A stretch of DNA of 64,000 nucleotides from Candidatus Uhrbacteria bacterium (GTDB taxonomy: Bacteria; Patescibacteriota; Patescibacteriia; UBA9934; GWF2-40-263), in NCBI GenBank assembly GCA_023246355.1, contig JAHFIQ010000001.1, positions 286,247-350,246 on the forward strand. Reading direction: 5' to 3'. A model generated the notes under the pieces. The model did not search any database. It was not told the DNA's origin and saw only the letters and a program-made list of their open reading frames with translations. Both the position numbers and the translations under genes were made by a program. Below are positions 1-7,780 of this stretch, piece by piece (position 1 is the stretch's first letter; each line of letters opens with the position of its first letter).

Positions 1-93
1 TTCGTTCAACTGAAACGTCTCAGGAGCAATCGTCACGCACGACGCGGCACCAATGCAGAGATCTGGATCGACTTTGATGTGGAGTTTGGGCAT
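1..93 (-). CDS. Ferredoxin, N-terminal part (runs off the window edge)
   Basis: Manual translation MPKLHIKVDPDLCIGAASCVTIAPETFQLNE; CxxxxxC...AP motif of single-cluster ferredoxins; lies downstream of nifU/nifS. Confidence 0.8.
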   Translation of the reverse strand, partial: MPKLHIKVDPDLCIGAASCVTIAPETFQLNE

Positions 94-160
94 AAAAAAG
101 GTGGCGAGGCCTCGCCCGTAGGACGGGCACGGCCGAGGGTGGAAAAGGGAGATGAGGTGG

Positions 161-835
161 CTAGGCACCGAAGTATTTCTCGCGATAAAATCGAATGAGT
201 TCCTCAACAGCTGGAAGACATCCTGGATTGCCAATGCCGACTTTTGTCTTTTGCTGTACGAGTTCCAGTGTGTGTGCCCCATCGAGCACCGCTTCCTCAA
301 TATCGTGGTCCGTGACTTTGGCAACGGGATCGATCAGGCGCGCAGCTTCCGCGACAATTTTATCAAACTGTTCTGTCCGACGATAGTAATCATTGATCGC
401 ATCGCGAAGGGCTTTATCGCACAGCACAGAGCAATGGAATTTGCGCGCTGGAAGTCCACCCAAACGATCCATGATGTCCATGGGTTTGAGTTTGCGTGCT
501 TGCTCAAGCGTCATCCCGCCATGTTCGGTGACGATCTCACTTGCCATCGAGGTTGACGCAATCGCGCTGCCGCAGCCAAACGTCTTCCAACGAAATTCAA
601 CAATGCGCTCGGTCTGAGGATCCACTTTCATCCACACACGCAGTTCATCTCCACAGGCTGGTGAACCAATTTTTCCAATCGCATTGTAATCCGATTCCAC
701 AGCATCCTCCATCATAAAATTGCGCGGATGGAAAAAATGATCCTTTACCACGTCCGTATAAAACCAAGATTGCGCGCCATTTTTGGTGATGACATCGCCC
801 TTGGTTCCTGGATCTGGTTGTTGAGCGTGGGTCAT
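161..835 (-). CDS. nifU: NifU/IscU-type Fe-S scaffold with C-terminal BFD-like [2Fe-2S] domain
   Basis: DHFFHPRN, GSPACGD, TFGCGSAIAS, KFHCS motifs; C-terminal IEEAVLDGA...TKVG..C resembles the BFD-like domain. Confidence 0.9.
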   Translation of the reverse strand: MTHAQQPDPGTKGDVITKNGAQSWFYTDVVKDHFFHPRNFMMEDAVESDYNAIGKIGSPACGDELRVWMKVDPQTERIVEFRWKTFGCGSAIASTSMASEIVTEHGGMTLEQARKLKPMDIMDRLGGLPARKFHCSVLCDKALRDAINDYYRRTEQFDKIVAEAARLIDPVAKVTDHDIEEAVLDGAHTLELVQQKTKVGIGNPGCLPAVEELIRFYREKYFGA

Positions 836-2034
836 ACGAAATATTTAGGGTCAACTTTAACTGGACTCAGTGAACGCAGTTTTTCAACGAGTGGCGGAAG
901 CGTTTGAATCACGTAATCAATGTCCTCTTGCGTTGTGCTTCTGCCAAGCGTGAATCGAATCGATCCATGCGCGACTTCGTACGGCAGGCCGAGCGCCAAG
1001 ATCACATGACTTGGATCAAGGGACGCACTGGTACAAGCTGAACCGGTCGAGGTATAGATCCCAGCTTCATCAAGATACAGGATGAGCGCTTCCCCCTCAA
1101 TGTCCATGAATGAAATATTGACGTTATTGGCAAGACGCTGTGTTTTGTGTCCGTTGAGTCTCGTTTTTGTAATCTTCTCCTGGATGCCTCTTTCAAGTAA
1201 TTCTCGTAGCGGCAACAGACGCTCAGTCTCCTTTTCCCGATCGCGCTGTGCGATCTCAAGTGCTTTATTCATGCCGATGATTCCAGCCACGTTCTCCGTT
1301 CCAGGACGAATCGCTTTTTCTTGCGCGCCGCCAAAGAGCAGCGGCTGTAATTTGATTCCACGCTTCACATACAGCAGCCCAATTCCTTTTGGTCCGTACA
1401 TCTTAGAACCGTTGAGTGTGAGCATATCTACATGCAACTTTTCGACATCCAGTGAAAGATACTCAGACGCCTGGCAGGCATCGGTGTGAAACTTGAGCGC
1501 TGGGCGTCCGTGAGCCTCACGCCACTTTTGGATCATGTTGCCAATCTCGACAATGGGTTCGATGGTGCCGATCTCATTGTTGGCGTACATGATGGAAACC
1601 AAAATCGTATCAGGGCGCAACGCACTCTCCACTTGTTCCACGCTCACAAGCCCTTCTCGATCTGGTTCCAAATACGTCACCTCAAACCCTTCCTTTTTTT
1701 CTAAATGCATCATGGCTTCCAAAACCGCATGATGTTCAAGTTTGGTTGTGATGAGATGTTTGCCCTGTTCCTGATTTTTACGAGCGTATCCCAAGAGAGC
1801 AAGATTATCTGATTCTGTGCCACCAGAGGTGAACAGAATCTCATCCTCACGAGCATGGAGAATCTCAGCGATGCCCCTGCGTGCGCCGTCGATGTCGTCC
1901 TTCGCCTTTTTACCAAGCGAGTGAAAACTTGATGGGTTACCAAAGTCCTCATTCAGATACGGCAACATTACCTCCAAAACTTCGGGAAGCATGGGTGTGG
2001 TCGCGGCGTGATCAAGATAGACCTGTCGTTTCAT
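832..2034 (-). CDS. iscS: Cysteine desulfurase (NifS/IscS)
   Basis: YLDHAATTP, FTSGGTESDN, HTDACQA, K-x-YGPKG, GSACTS; start placed at MKRQ. Confidence 0.95.
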   Translation of the reverse strand: MKRQVYLDHAATTPMLPEVLEVMLPYLNEDFGNPSSFHSLGKKAKDDIDGARRGIAEILHAREDEILFTSGGTESDNLALLGYARKNQEQGKHLITTKLEHHAVLEAMMHLEKKEGFEVTYLEPDREGLVSVEQVESALRPDTILVSIMYANNEIGTIEPIVEIGNMIQKWREAHGRPALKFHTDACQASEYLSLDVEKLHVDMLTLNGSKMYGPKGIGLLYVKRGIKLQPLLFGGAQEKAIRPGTENVAGIIGMNKALEIAQRDREKETERLLPLRELLERGIQEKITKTRLNGHKTQRLANNVNISFMDIEGEALILYLDEAGIYTSTGSACTSASLDPSHVILALGLPYEVAHGSIRFTLGRSTTQEDIDYVIQTLPPLVEKLRSLSPVKVDPKYFV

Positions 2035-2063
2035 ATCACCGCCGGAGCCTAGCAAAAAATGTT

Positions 2064-2615
2064 CTAAACTTCAATACCAAACGTCTCACTTACCGCATGA
2101 CCGATGAGATAACCGATGAGTGCCGCTGCCAGAGAAACCGCAACCATTTCGATGCCGCTTTTGATTTTCGATGTGCGTGTGAAGGACGCAGCCCAGACGC
2201 CCACCGCAAACAGACACAGAGCTGTCACGATAATGGCTGGAACAACGGCTTGAGAAACAGGCAGGAGAAAATAAAACAGGAGCGGCACGATGCCACCGAC
2301 CAAATAAAAAACACCCATGACCAAAGCGGCTCGCATCGGATGTGTTGCCTCTTCATGATGATCCAGGCCCTTACGTTCGTGAAACAATCTCTCGGCCTCC
2401 CTGGCATGCTTGGTCGAAAGATAACTTCCCGCGGCCATGGACGTTGCTTCAGAAGCGATGAGCACAAGGCCAGAGAGAATCACGATGTACTGACTGTTGG
2501 TTCCCACGGCAATTCCCGTGATCGTTCCAAGCGTCGAGACCAGAGAATCCTCAAGCCCAAACACAATCTCACGCATGGAGTCCACGATTTCATGTTGCAG
2601 CGTTTTCTTTTCCAT
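2064..2615 (-). CDS. VIT1/CCC1 family Fe/Mn transporter
   Basis: REIVFGLEDSLVSTLG and SMAAGSYLS motifs, five hydrophobic helices. Confidence 0.9.
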   Translation of the reverse strand: MEKKTLQHEIVDSMREIVFGLEDSLVSTLGTITGIAVGTNSQYIVILSGLVLIASEATSMAAGSYLSTKHAREAERLFHERKGLDHHEEATHPMRAALVMGVFYLVGGIVPLLFYFLLPVSQAVVPAIIVTALCLFAVGVWAASFTRTSKIKSGIEMVAVSLAAALIGYLIGHAVSETFGIEV

Positions 2616-2647
2616 AGTGTTATACTCAGCAGCATAACAAAAACCCT

Positions 2648-3085
2648 ATGCAAATCCCAGACGAACTTCCAGCCTTTTCCAAATCCACACTCCTGGTGGT
2701 AGCCGATAATGAACATGCCCTGTTCTTCCATCTGCTTGACCGAGAGCTCACCGCATCAGGAAAAATCGAACTCCACTATCCTGAAAAAGGTGGAGAACGT
2801 ACATCAGGCCTTTCTCCTGGTGGCGCACATTTTGCTGAGCAAAGTGAGAAACTAGAAGACGAAGGTGAACATCGCTTTGCGCATTTGCTTGCAAAAGAAC
2901 TTCACAATCGTTTGCAGCAACACACCTTTGAAGCCTTCCTACTCGTGGCTCCGCAAGAGAGACTCAATGAGTTTACCGAAAGCCTGCATCCTGACGTGAA
3001 AAAATGTCTTGGAAAGACGCTTGGCAAGCAACTGACTAAAGAAAGCCCAATCGACATCTTGAAAAGAATTCACGAGGTGGCCTAG
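2648..3085 (+). CDS. Host-attachment / baeRF-like family protein
   Basis: LLVVAD..HALFF, RFAHLLAKEL, LLVAP, K.LTKE pattern. Confidence 0.7.
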   Translation: MQIPDELPAFSKSTLLVVADNEHALFFHLLDRELTASGKIELHYPEKGGERTSGLSPGGAHFAEQSEKLEDEGEHRFAHLLAKELHNRLQQHTFEAFLLVAPQERLNEFTESLHPDVKKCLGKTLGKQLTKESPIDILKRIHEVA

Positions 3086-3375
3086 AGCCTACGCAATCGC
3101 CGACGGTAATCGGTTCCAGATTTTTTCATAAAAATATCGATCACCTCAATGATCTGATTGGTGTGAAACAATAAATATAAAACTCTCCATCGTCCAACCC
3201 TCAACCGAAATCCAGGTTCTGAAATGCCTGCGAGTCGTTTAATGTGTGGATGATGAAGAGGATCTTGTGCGAGCCGCTCTAGCTCCGAGAGAATCTCTAC
3301 CTGAGTGGACTTGTCCATTTTCTTGAAAAGACGCTGGACATGTGGCTGATAGGTGATTTGATACACAAGATTCAC
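3082..3375 (-). CDS. RelE/ParE family toxin (type II TA); likely GTG start overlapping the antitoxin stop region
   Basis: IKRLAG...FRLRVGRWRVLY motif; 97 aa, basic; directly follows a small RHH-like ORF. Confidence 0.85.
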   Translation of the reverse strand: MNLVYQITYQPHVQRLFKKMDKSTQVEILSELERLAQDPLHHPHIKRLAGISEPGFRLRVGRWRVLYLLFHTNQIIEVIDIFMKKSGTDYRRRLRRL

Positions 3376-3594
3376 TTAGAATCCAAGTGATTCTTTGAGA
3401 TCAGAGTGAGACAGGGTTTTCTTTTTTCTCTCTCGATACGCTCTTTTAAACCGAACCACATCCTCGTTCATATCGTCGAAGTATTCACGTAACGCTCGTT
3501 GAACGAGATGATCACATGGTACATCCGAACGTCGAACAAAACGATTGAGTTCGTTTGAAAGTTTCGATGGAAGTGAAACGGTGAGTGTCGTCAT
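3376..3594 (-). CDS. Ribbon-helix-helix antitoxin (RelB/CopG-like)
   Basis: MTTLTVSLPSKLSNELNRF...HLVQRALREYF...LSHSDLKESLGF; true start is internal to the listed 186-aa ORF, which would run through tRNA-Cys. Confidence 0.8.
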   Translation of the reverse strand: MTTLTVSLPSKLSNELNRFVRRSDVPCDHLVQRALREYFDDMNEDVVRFKRAYRERKKKTLSHSDLKESLGF

Positions 3595-3740
3595 ACAATG
3601 AAACAGAATCGTATTGAACACAATAACGATATCATGAAGCCGTGTGCCGGACAAACTGTTGAAGGCCACGGCCTGGATCTGCTCTGACGCAGTCACAGCA
3701 GGTCGACTCGATCGAACCGCGGTTCTCACCCGACCATCAG

Positions 3741-3779
3741 CATACAGAAAACTCGGGCAACACCCGAGTTTTCTGTATG
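3741..3779 (-). terminator. Perfect hairpin immediately after tRNA-Cys
   Basis: CATACAGAAAACTCGGG-caaca-CCCGAGTTTTCTGTATG inverted repeat. Confidence 0.7.
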
Positions 3780-3852
3780 GAGGCCACGGCCGGGATCGAA
3801 CCGGCTCGTCGAGGTTTTGCAGACCCCTGCGTTCCCATTTCGCCACGTGGCC
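3778..3852 (-). tRNA. tRNA-Cys(GCA)
   Basis: GGCCACG acceptor stem, CT-GCA-AA anticodon loop, GGTTCGATCCC T-arm, encoded CCA. Confidence 0.95.
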
Positions 3853-3894
3853 AAAGACAATTCGTGTCAGAGCGTAACAAAAAGAACACTGAAA

Positions 3895-3921
3895 AGCAAA
3901 AGCCTGGAGATAAATCCAGGC
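3895..3921 (-). terminator. Intrinsic terminator closing the guide-array transcript
   Basis: Minus strand GCCTGGA-tttatc-TCCAGGC-TTTTGC. Confidence 0.7.
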
Positions 3922-3922
3922 A

Positions 3923-4096
3923 GAGGGCGCTCGCACAACGTATTATGGACAAATGCTCACTCGTCTTTCGACATCAAACCTCTCGTCCACCGATTGCCAG
4001 ACAATAGTCACGGCGTCTTGCGACAGCCCGAGTATCGTCCGACTGGAGTCGTGCATGGATTCAACCGATCGTTCATCAATTGCTCCTTCGCACGAC
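3923..4096 (-). ncRNA. Stem-loop dual-spacer array (TIGR-like): 3 full units plus 1 partial, ~52-nt period
   Basis: Six 9-nt variable segments, each between CGN and TG; covarying outer stems; inner hairpins including GCAA and GAAA tetraloops; adjacent to a Nop-domain gene. Confidence 0.8.
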
Positions 4097-4101
4097 GAGT
4101 T

Positions 4102-4130
4102 CTTTTACATGGAATATGATCGTCTGTCAA
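4102..4130 (-). promoter_or_regulatory. Putative sigma70 promoter for the array
   Basis: Minus strand TTGACA-17 nt-TAAAAG; predicted start near 4095 coincides with the first stem of the array; the -10 is imperfect. Confidence 0.55.
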
Positions 4131-4145
4131 CCGATGTGCCTATTT

Positions 4146-4170
4146 TAAAACCCTCGATCGCTGTCGAGGG
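4146..4170 (-). terminator. Intrinsic terminator of the Nop-domain gene
   Basis: Minus strand CCCTCGA-cagcga-TCGAGGG-TTTTA, 8 nt after the stop codon. Confidence 0.75.
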
Positions 4171-4178
4171 TCCGTGAC

Positions 4179-4829
4179 TTACATCACCTGACGCGGCCAG
4201 GTCTCCCAGATGTGCTTGACAATCTTCCCCATCACCCACCACAGAGCCATGTGATCGACCATTGTCTCGATGTTGCGCTCGGTGAGCGGAGGTGTTCGCG
4301 AAGCTGCTTTCTCAGTGACCTTTGGAAGTACATGCGCTTTGCGAGCCTTGTAGCGAGCCTTCCACTCTGGGTTTAGCTCGATGAGTTGGCCAGCGCCGAA
4401 GTAGAGACTGCCTCGAAGCTGCGGATGACATTGGGATATGGCTCTATAAACACCGGCACGGACCCGAAGAGCCGCAAGTGACTCAAACCGATTGATGTCT
4501 CGGATAGTCACGATGATGCCCACCGCGTTGATGAGCGGAAACCCAGGGAGCGAGGCAAACACGGCCTTCCAGACAGAGTGTTGCCGCACTTCATCGCGAA
4601 GGCGGTCCTCCAGCTCCTGGATCTCTGCTTTGGTCTTCACGTACCTCTCTTCTTCGTGAGGTTTGACCTCCGCCTCGCCTAGTAGAAGACCTTCGAGAAG
4701 GTTTCTTCCCTCGTTTTCGTGATAGAGCTCAGCGAGACGGTGGTTCAGGGCTGTCCTGATTTTGAAGCCTTTGATGAGTCGCTCCATGAGCTTCGCCTCA
4801 TCGCTGGCACTGGAGTATGCAGAGTCCAT
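4179..4829 (-). CDS. Nop-domain / IS110-related protein without RuvC (TasA-like RNA-guided DNA-binding candidate)
   Basis: Coiled coil RTALNHRL...EIQELEDRL, then HSVW..FASLPGF....AVGIIVTIRDINRFES..AL...AG, CHPQLRGSL, YKARK, DHMAL..MGKIVKHIWETW; no DEDD RuvC domain and no IS110 SG serine loop; GGAGG SD. Confidence 0.75.
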   Translation of the reverse strand: MDSAYSSASDEAKLMERLIKGFKIRTALNHRLAELYHENEGRNLLEGLLLGEAEVKPHEEERYVKTKAEIQELEDRLRDEVRQHSVWKAVFASLPGFPLINAVGIIVTIRDINRFESLAALRVRAGVYRAISQCHPQLRGSLYFGAGQLIELNPEWKARYKARKAHVLPKVTEKAASRTPPLTERNIETMVDHMALWWVMGKIVKHIWETWPRQVM

Positions 4830-4866
4830 GCGGACACCTCCAATGACCCCGGGATTGGGGAGGAAA

Positions 4867-4895
4867 AATATACATCAAAAATGCAAAAAAGTCAA
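4867..4895 (-). promoter_or_regulatory. sigma70 promoter of the TasA-like gene
   Basis: Minus strand TTGACT-17 nt-TATATT. Confidence 0.7.
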
Positions 4896-4950
4896 GCCAA
4901 CGCAGATCTAAAATAAAAAACGCCCTCACCGATAGGTAAGGACGTTTTTC

Positions 4951-5616
4951 TTAAAACACTTCCACCGTCGCGTACTGGACACCGAAGGATTTTGCGTCGG
5001 AGAGCTCTTGCATCCAGATATCCATCTTGTAGTAGTAACGTTCGTTCATGCGATCTTCGACCGTGAACACGCGGTCGCCGTAAAGCTCTGGAATACGCAC
5101 ACGGGTCCCCAACGGCAAAAAGTTTGCCGCCACAACGTCTTCGACGGCGTGTTCACACAGGTCAAACCCTGAGGCGGTGATACACGGTGTGTCATCGGTC
5201 TGCGATGGATCAGAGGTGTAGGCCGTCAGAGGAATAGTAAAGGTGTCGCGAGGATCAGCATCCTGTGCCTCTGGCAAATGACCGTACGATTCCGTCTCGT
5301 TCTGCATAGAGTCTACAATCATCGCAACCGTTTCATCATCCAATTTGAATGATCCAAGTTCAATGTCGGCATTCGCCATGGTCGGAAACAGAATATAGAC
5401 CGCAACCACACCGACAAATGAAACAAGCGAAAGATTGCTTGCCTGGCGACGAATGGGTTTGATTGTTTGTTCAAGACGCACCCACAGGAAATAGCAAAAA
5501 CTAGTGATGGTGCGCGAATAATAGGCATCCTCATGCCAAGAGTTTTTCAGTTGATTGACCCACGTTGCCAATGTCTTTTTCAGACGTGAGTGTTTGGGAT
5601 TTGATGTATTTCGCAT
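4951..5616 (-). CDS. 3D-domain (MltA-like) cell-wall protein with a TM/signal segment
   Basis: TAYTS...TDDTPCITASG, VAANFLPLGTRVRI, VEDRM, DIW; start uncertain. Confidence 0.85.
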   Translation of the reverse strand: MRNTSNPKHSRLKKTLATWVNQLKNSWHEDAYYSRTITSFCYFLWVRLEQTIKPIRRQASNLSLVSFVGVVAVYILFPTMANADIELGSFKLDDETVAMIVDSMQNETESYGHLPEAQDADPRDTFTIPLTAYTSDPSQTDDTPCITASGFDLCEHAVEDVVAANFLPLGTRVRIPELYGDRVFTVEDRMNERYYYKMDIWMQELSDAKSFGVQYATVEVF

Positions 5617-5667
5617 ACCCAGTGATATCCTCCAAGATGACCACTGGGCAGGCGAAATCGAGCACAG

Positions 5668-5700
5668 ACCCCCTCTGACTCCCCCTTGAAAAGGGGGAGA
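5668..5700. repeat. REP-like palindrome
   Basis: CCCCTCTGA-CTCCCCCTT-gaa-AAGGGGGAG. Confidence 0.5.
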
Positions 5701-5794
5701 ATTTCGCACTAAACAAAAGCACTTCCTGTGTAGGAAGCGCCTGAATGCTACCATAAAAACGCCTTTTTGTCAACCGATCTATCCCCAGCACCTG

Positions 5795-7621
5795 TCACTC
5801 AACCGTGACAGATTTAGCCAAGTTCCGAGGACGATCTGGATCAAGATTTCGAGCCAGTGCCATCTCATAGGCGAGCAATTGCATCGGAATGACCGTGAGC
5901 AGAGGTTGTAAACACTCCAGTGTCTGAGGAACCACGATCATATCCTCACACAGATGAGAAACAAGATCCGGATTGGTCGTGACCGCAATAATTTTTCCAC
6001 CGCGCGCTCTGAGCTCTTCCATGCTTGAACGCGTTTTTTCAAAAACCGAATCTTCGGGACACAGCACCACGCTGGGAAATGACTTGTCGATAAGCGCAAT
6101 GGGACCATGCTTCATCTCCCCACAGGAATACCCCTCTGCATGGACATAACTCACCTCTTTCATTTTAAGAGCACTCTCATAGGCAATGGGGGCTTGATAC
6201 TTGCGTCCTAAAAACAAGCAATTGGTCATGTCTTGATACGTGAGGGCGATGTCACGAATCGATGCACGGTTGTGAAGAATCGTCTCAACCTGATCAGGAA
6301 TTTCATACAGCGCGGCTAACACTTCTCCTGCAGCTCGTTCAGACAAGGTTCCACGAAGCTGGCCCAGGTAGACACTCATGAGCGTCAAAATCGTCAACTG
6401 AGACAAGAACGCTTTTGTGGAAGCTACACCAACCTCTGGACCCGCGTGATTGTAGACACCTGCATCTGTCTCACGAGCCACGGAGGATCCAACCACGTTT
6501 ACCAAACCCAGGGTGAGGGCGTGCTTGCGCTTTGCCTCACGGATGGCCTCCAGCGTGTCGGCGGTCTCACCCGATTGGGAAATTGCCAACACCGCGGTGC
6601 GAGTGGAAATGATCGGCTTGCGATAGCGAAACTCGCTTGCGAGCTCGACTTCCACAGGCATCCCCGCAAGCTCTTCAAACAAATATTCCCCAACAAGTCC
6701 GGCATAGTATGCGCTTCCACAACCAACGATAATCAGTCGATCAATTTCTTGAAGCCGGTCCTGTACCTCAGAAAGACCACCCAACACCGCACGTGTTCCA
6801 ATCAGATCAATTCTTCCACGCGTAGAATTTTCAATGACGTGCGGTTGCTCCAAAATTTCTTTCAGCATGAAATGTGCCTGCCCATTTTTCTTGGCGGCCT
6901 CCACTTCCCACATGAAACGCTCCACCTGCTTGTTCACAGGAGTTTGATCCAGATTCATGAGCCCCACCCCTTCGACGCTCACCGCGGCCAGCTCTCCGTC
7001 ATCCAAGAAAATCATGTCTCGCGTATACGGAAGGATCGCCGAAGGATCTGACGCGACATAGTGTTCCTGACTTCCCACACCAATGACAAGCGGAGACCCC
7101 ATCCGCGCCACAAACAACGTCTGTGGAAGATCTTTCATCATCACAAGAAGTCCGTAGGTTCCACGAACACGTTTCAACGCTCTGTGAATCGCGGTGAGCC
7201 CAGAGCCATGTTCACATTCAACTTCGATCAAGTGCGCCAAAACCTCTGAATCCGTCTGTGAGTCAAATGTATGACCCGCGGCTTTCAGCTCTTCGCGCAA
7301 CTCTTGATAATTTTCAATGATGCCATTGTGCACGATGGCCACAGACCCGTGACAGTCCAAATGAGGATGCGCATTCCCCTCATCGGGAATGCCATGGGTT
7401 GCCCAACGCGTGTGGCCAATTCCAGACGTCCCTTGAAGATTGTGTTGAGCCAACTGCTCTTTTAGCTTTCCGATGTTTCCTTGGGCGCGAACGCGGATGA
7501 GTCCCTCCTTTGAAACACACACACCCGCAGAATCATATCCGCGGTATTCCATATTTGTCAGACCTTCCATGAGCACAGGAAGCGCCTGTTTTTTTCCAAC
7601 GTAGCCGATAATTCCACACAT
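5795..7621 (-). CDS. glmS: Glutamine-fructose-6-phosphate transaminase
   Basis: MCGIIG N-terminus, EYRGYDSAG, GHTRWATHG, SQSGETADT, PRNLAKSVTVE. Confidence 0.98.
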   Translation of the reverse strand: MCGIIGYVGKKQALPVLMEGLTNMEYRGYDSAGVCVSKEGLIRVRAQGNIGKLKEQLAQHNLQGTSGIGHTRWATHGIPDEGNAHPHLDCHGSVAIVHNGIIENYQELREELKAAGHTFDSQTDSEVLAHLIEVECEHGSGLTAIHRALKRVRGTYGLLVMMKDLPQTLFVARMGSPLVIGVGSQEHYVASDPSAILPYTRDMIFLDDGELAAVSVEGVGLMNLDQTPVNKQVERFMWEVEAAKKNGQAHFMLKEILEQPHVIENSTRGRIDLIGTRAVLGGLSEVQDRLQEIDRLIIVGCGSAYYAGLVGEYLFEELAGMPVEVELASEFRYRKPIISTRTAVLAISQSGETADTLEAIREAKRKHALTLGLVNVVGSSVARETDAGVYNHAGPEVGVASTKAFLSQLTILTLMSVYLGQLRGTLSERAAGEVLAALYEIPDQVETILHNRASIRDIALTYQDMTNCLFLGRKYQAPIAYESALKMKEVSYVHAEGYSCGEMKHGPIALIDKSFPSVVLCPEDSVFEKTRSSMEELRARGGKIIAVTTNPDLVSHLCEDMIVVPQTLECLQPLLTVIPMQLLAYEMALARNLDPDRPRNLAKSVTVE

Positions 7622-7780
7622 AGTGCATCCATCGTAGATGGAAATGAAAAAGGATACGGCATGAACAGATAGCAAAAGTGGACAAGTGAAAGACCTGCCG
7701 AAAAATCAAGACAAAATGACTTTGGCCTTTGTCCAAATCTGTTCGACGATTTGATTTTCGGGTATTCTGAGAGCGACTCT

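Noticed and set aside
22-30. Perfect match of spacer 1A (AGGAGCAAT) in the ferredoxin gene; spacer 3A also matches at 4658
   Set aside because: Single 9-mers are expected by chance in 64 kb, and the partner spacer does not match the adjacent sequence
3595-3936. N-terminal extension of the 186-aa ORF
   Set aside because: It runs through tRNA-Cys and its hairpin; the RHH domain starts at 3594
3923-4096. CRISPR array, or the short ORFs 3817-4119 and 3953-4177
   Set aside because: No identical 23-47 bp repeats, variable parts are only 9 nt and no cas genes are present; the ORFs lack SD and recognisable motifs, and the structure is better explained as RNA
4179-4829. Active IS110/IS1111 transposase
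   Set aside because: No RuvC-like DEDD domain and no catalytic serine loop; only 216 aa; the flanking RNA has three similar units rather than one target loop plus one donor loop
7622-7750. glmS ribozyme upstream of glmS
   Set aside because: The short divergent intergenic region shows no recognisable ribozyme core
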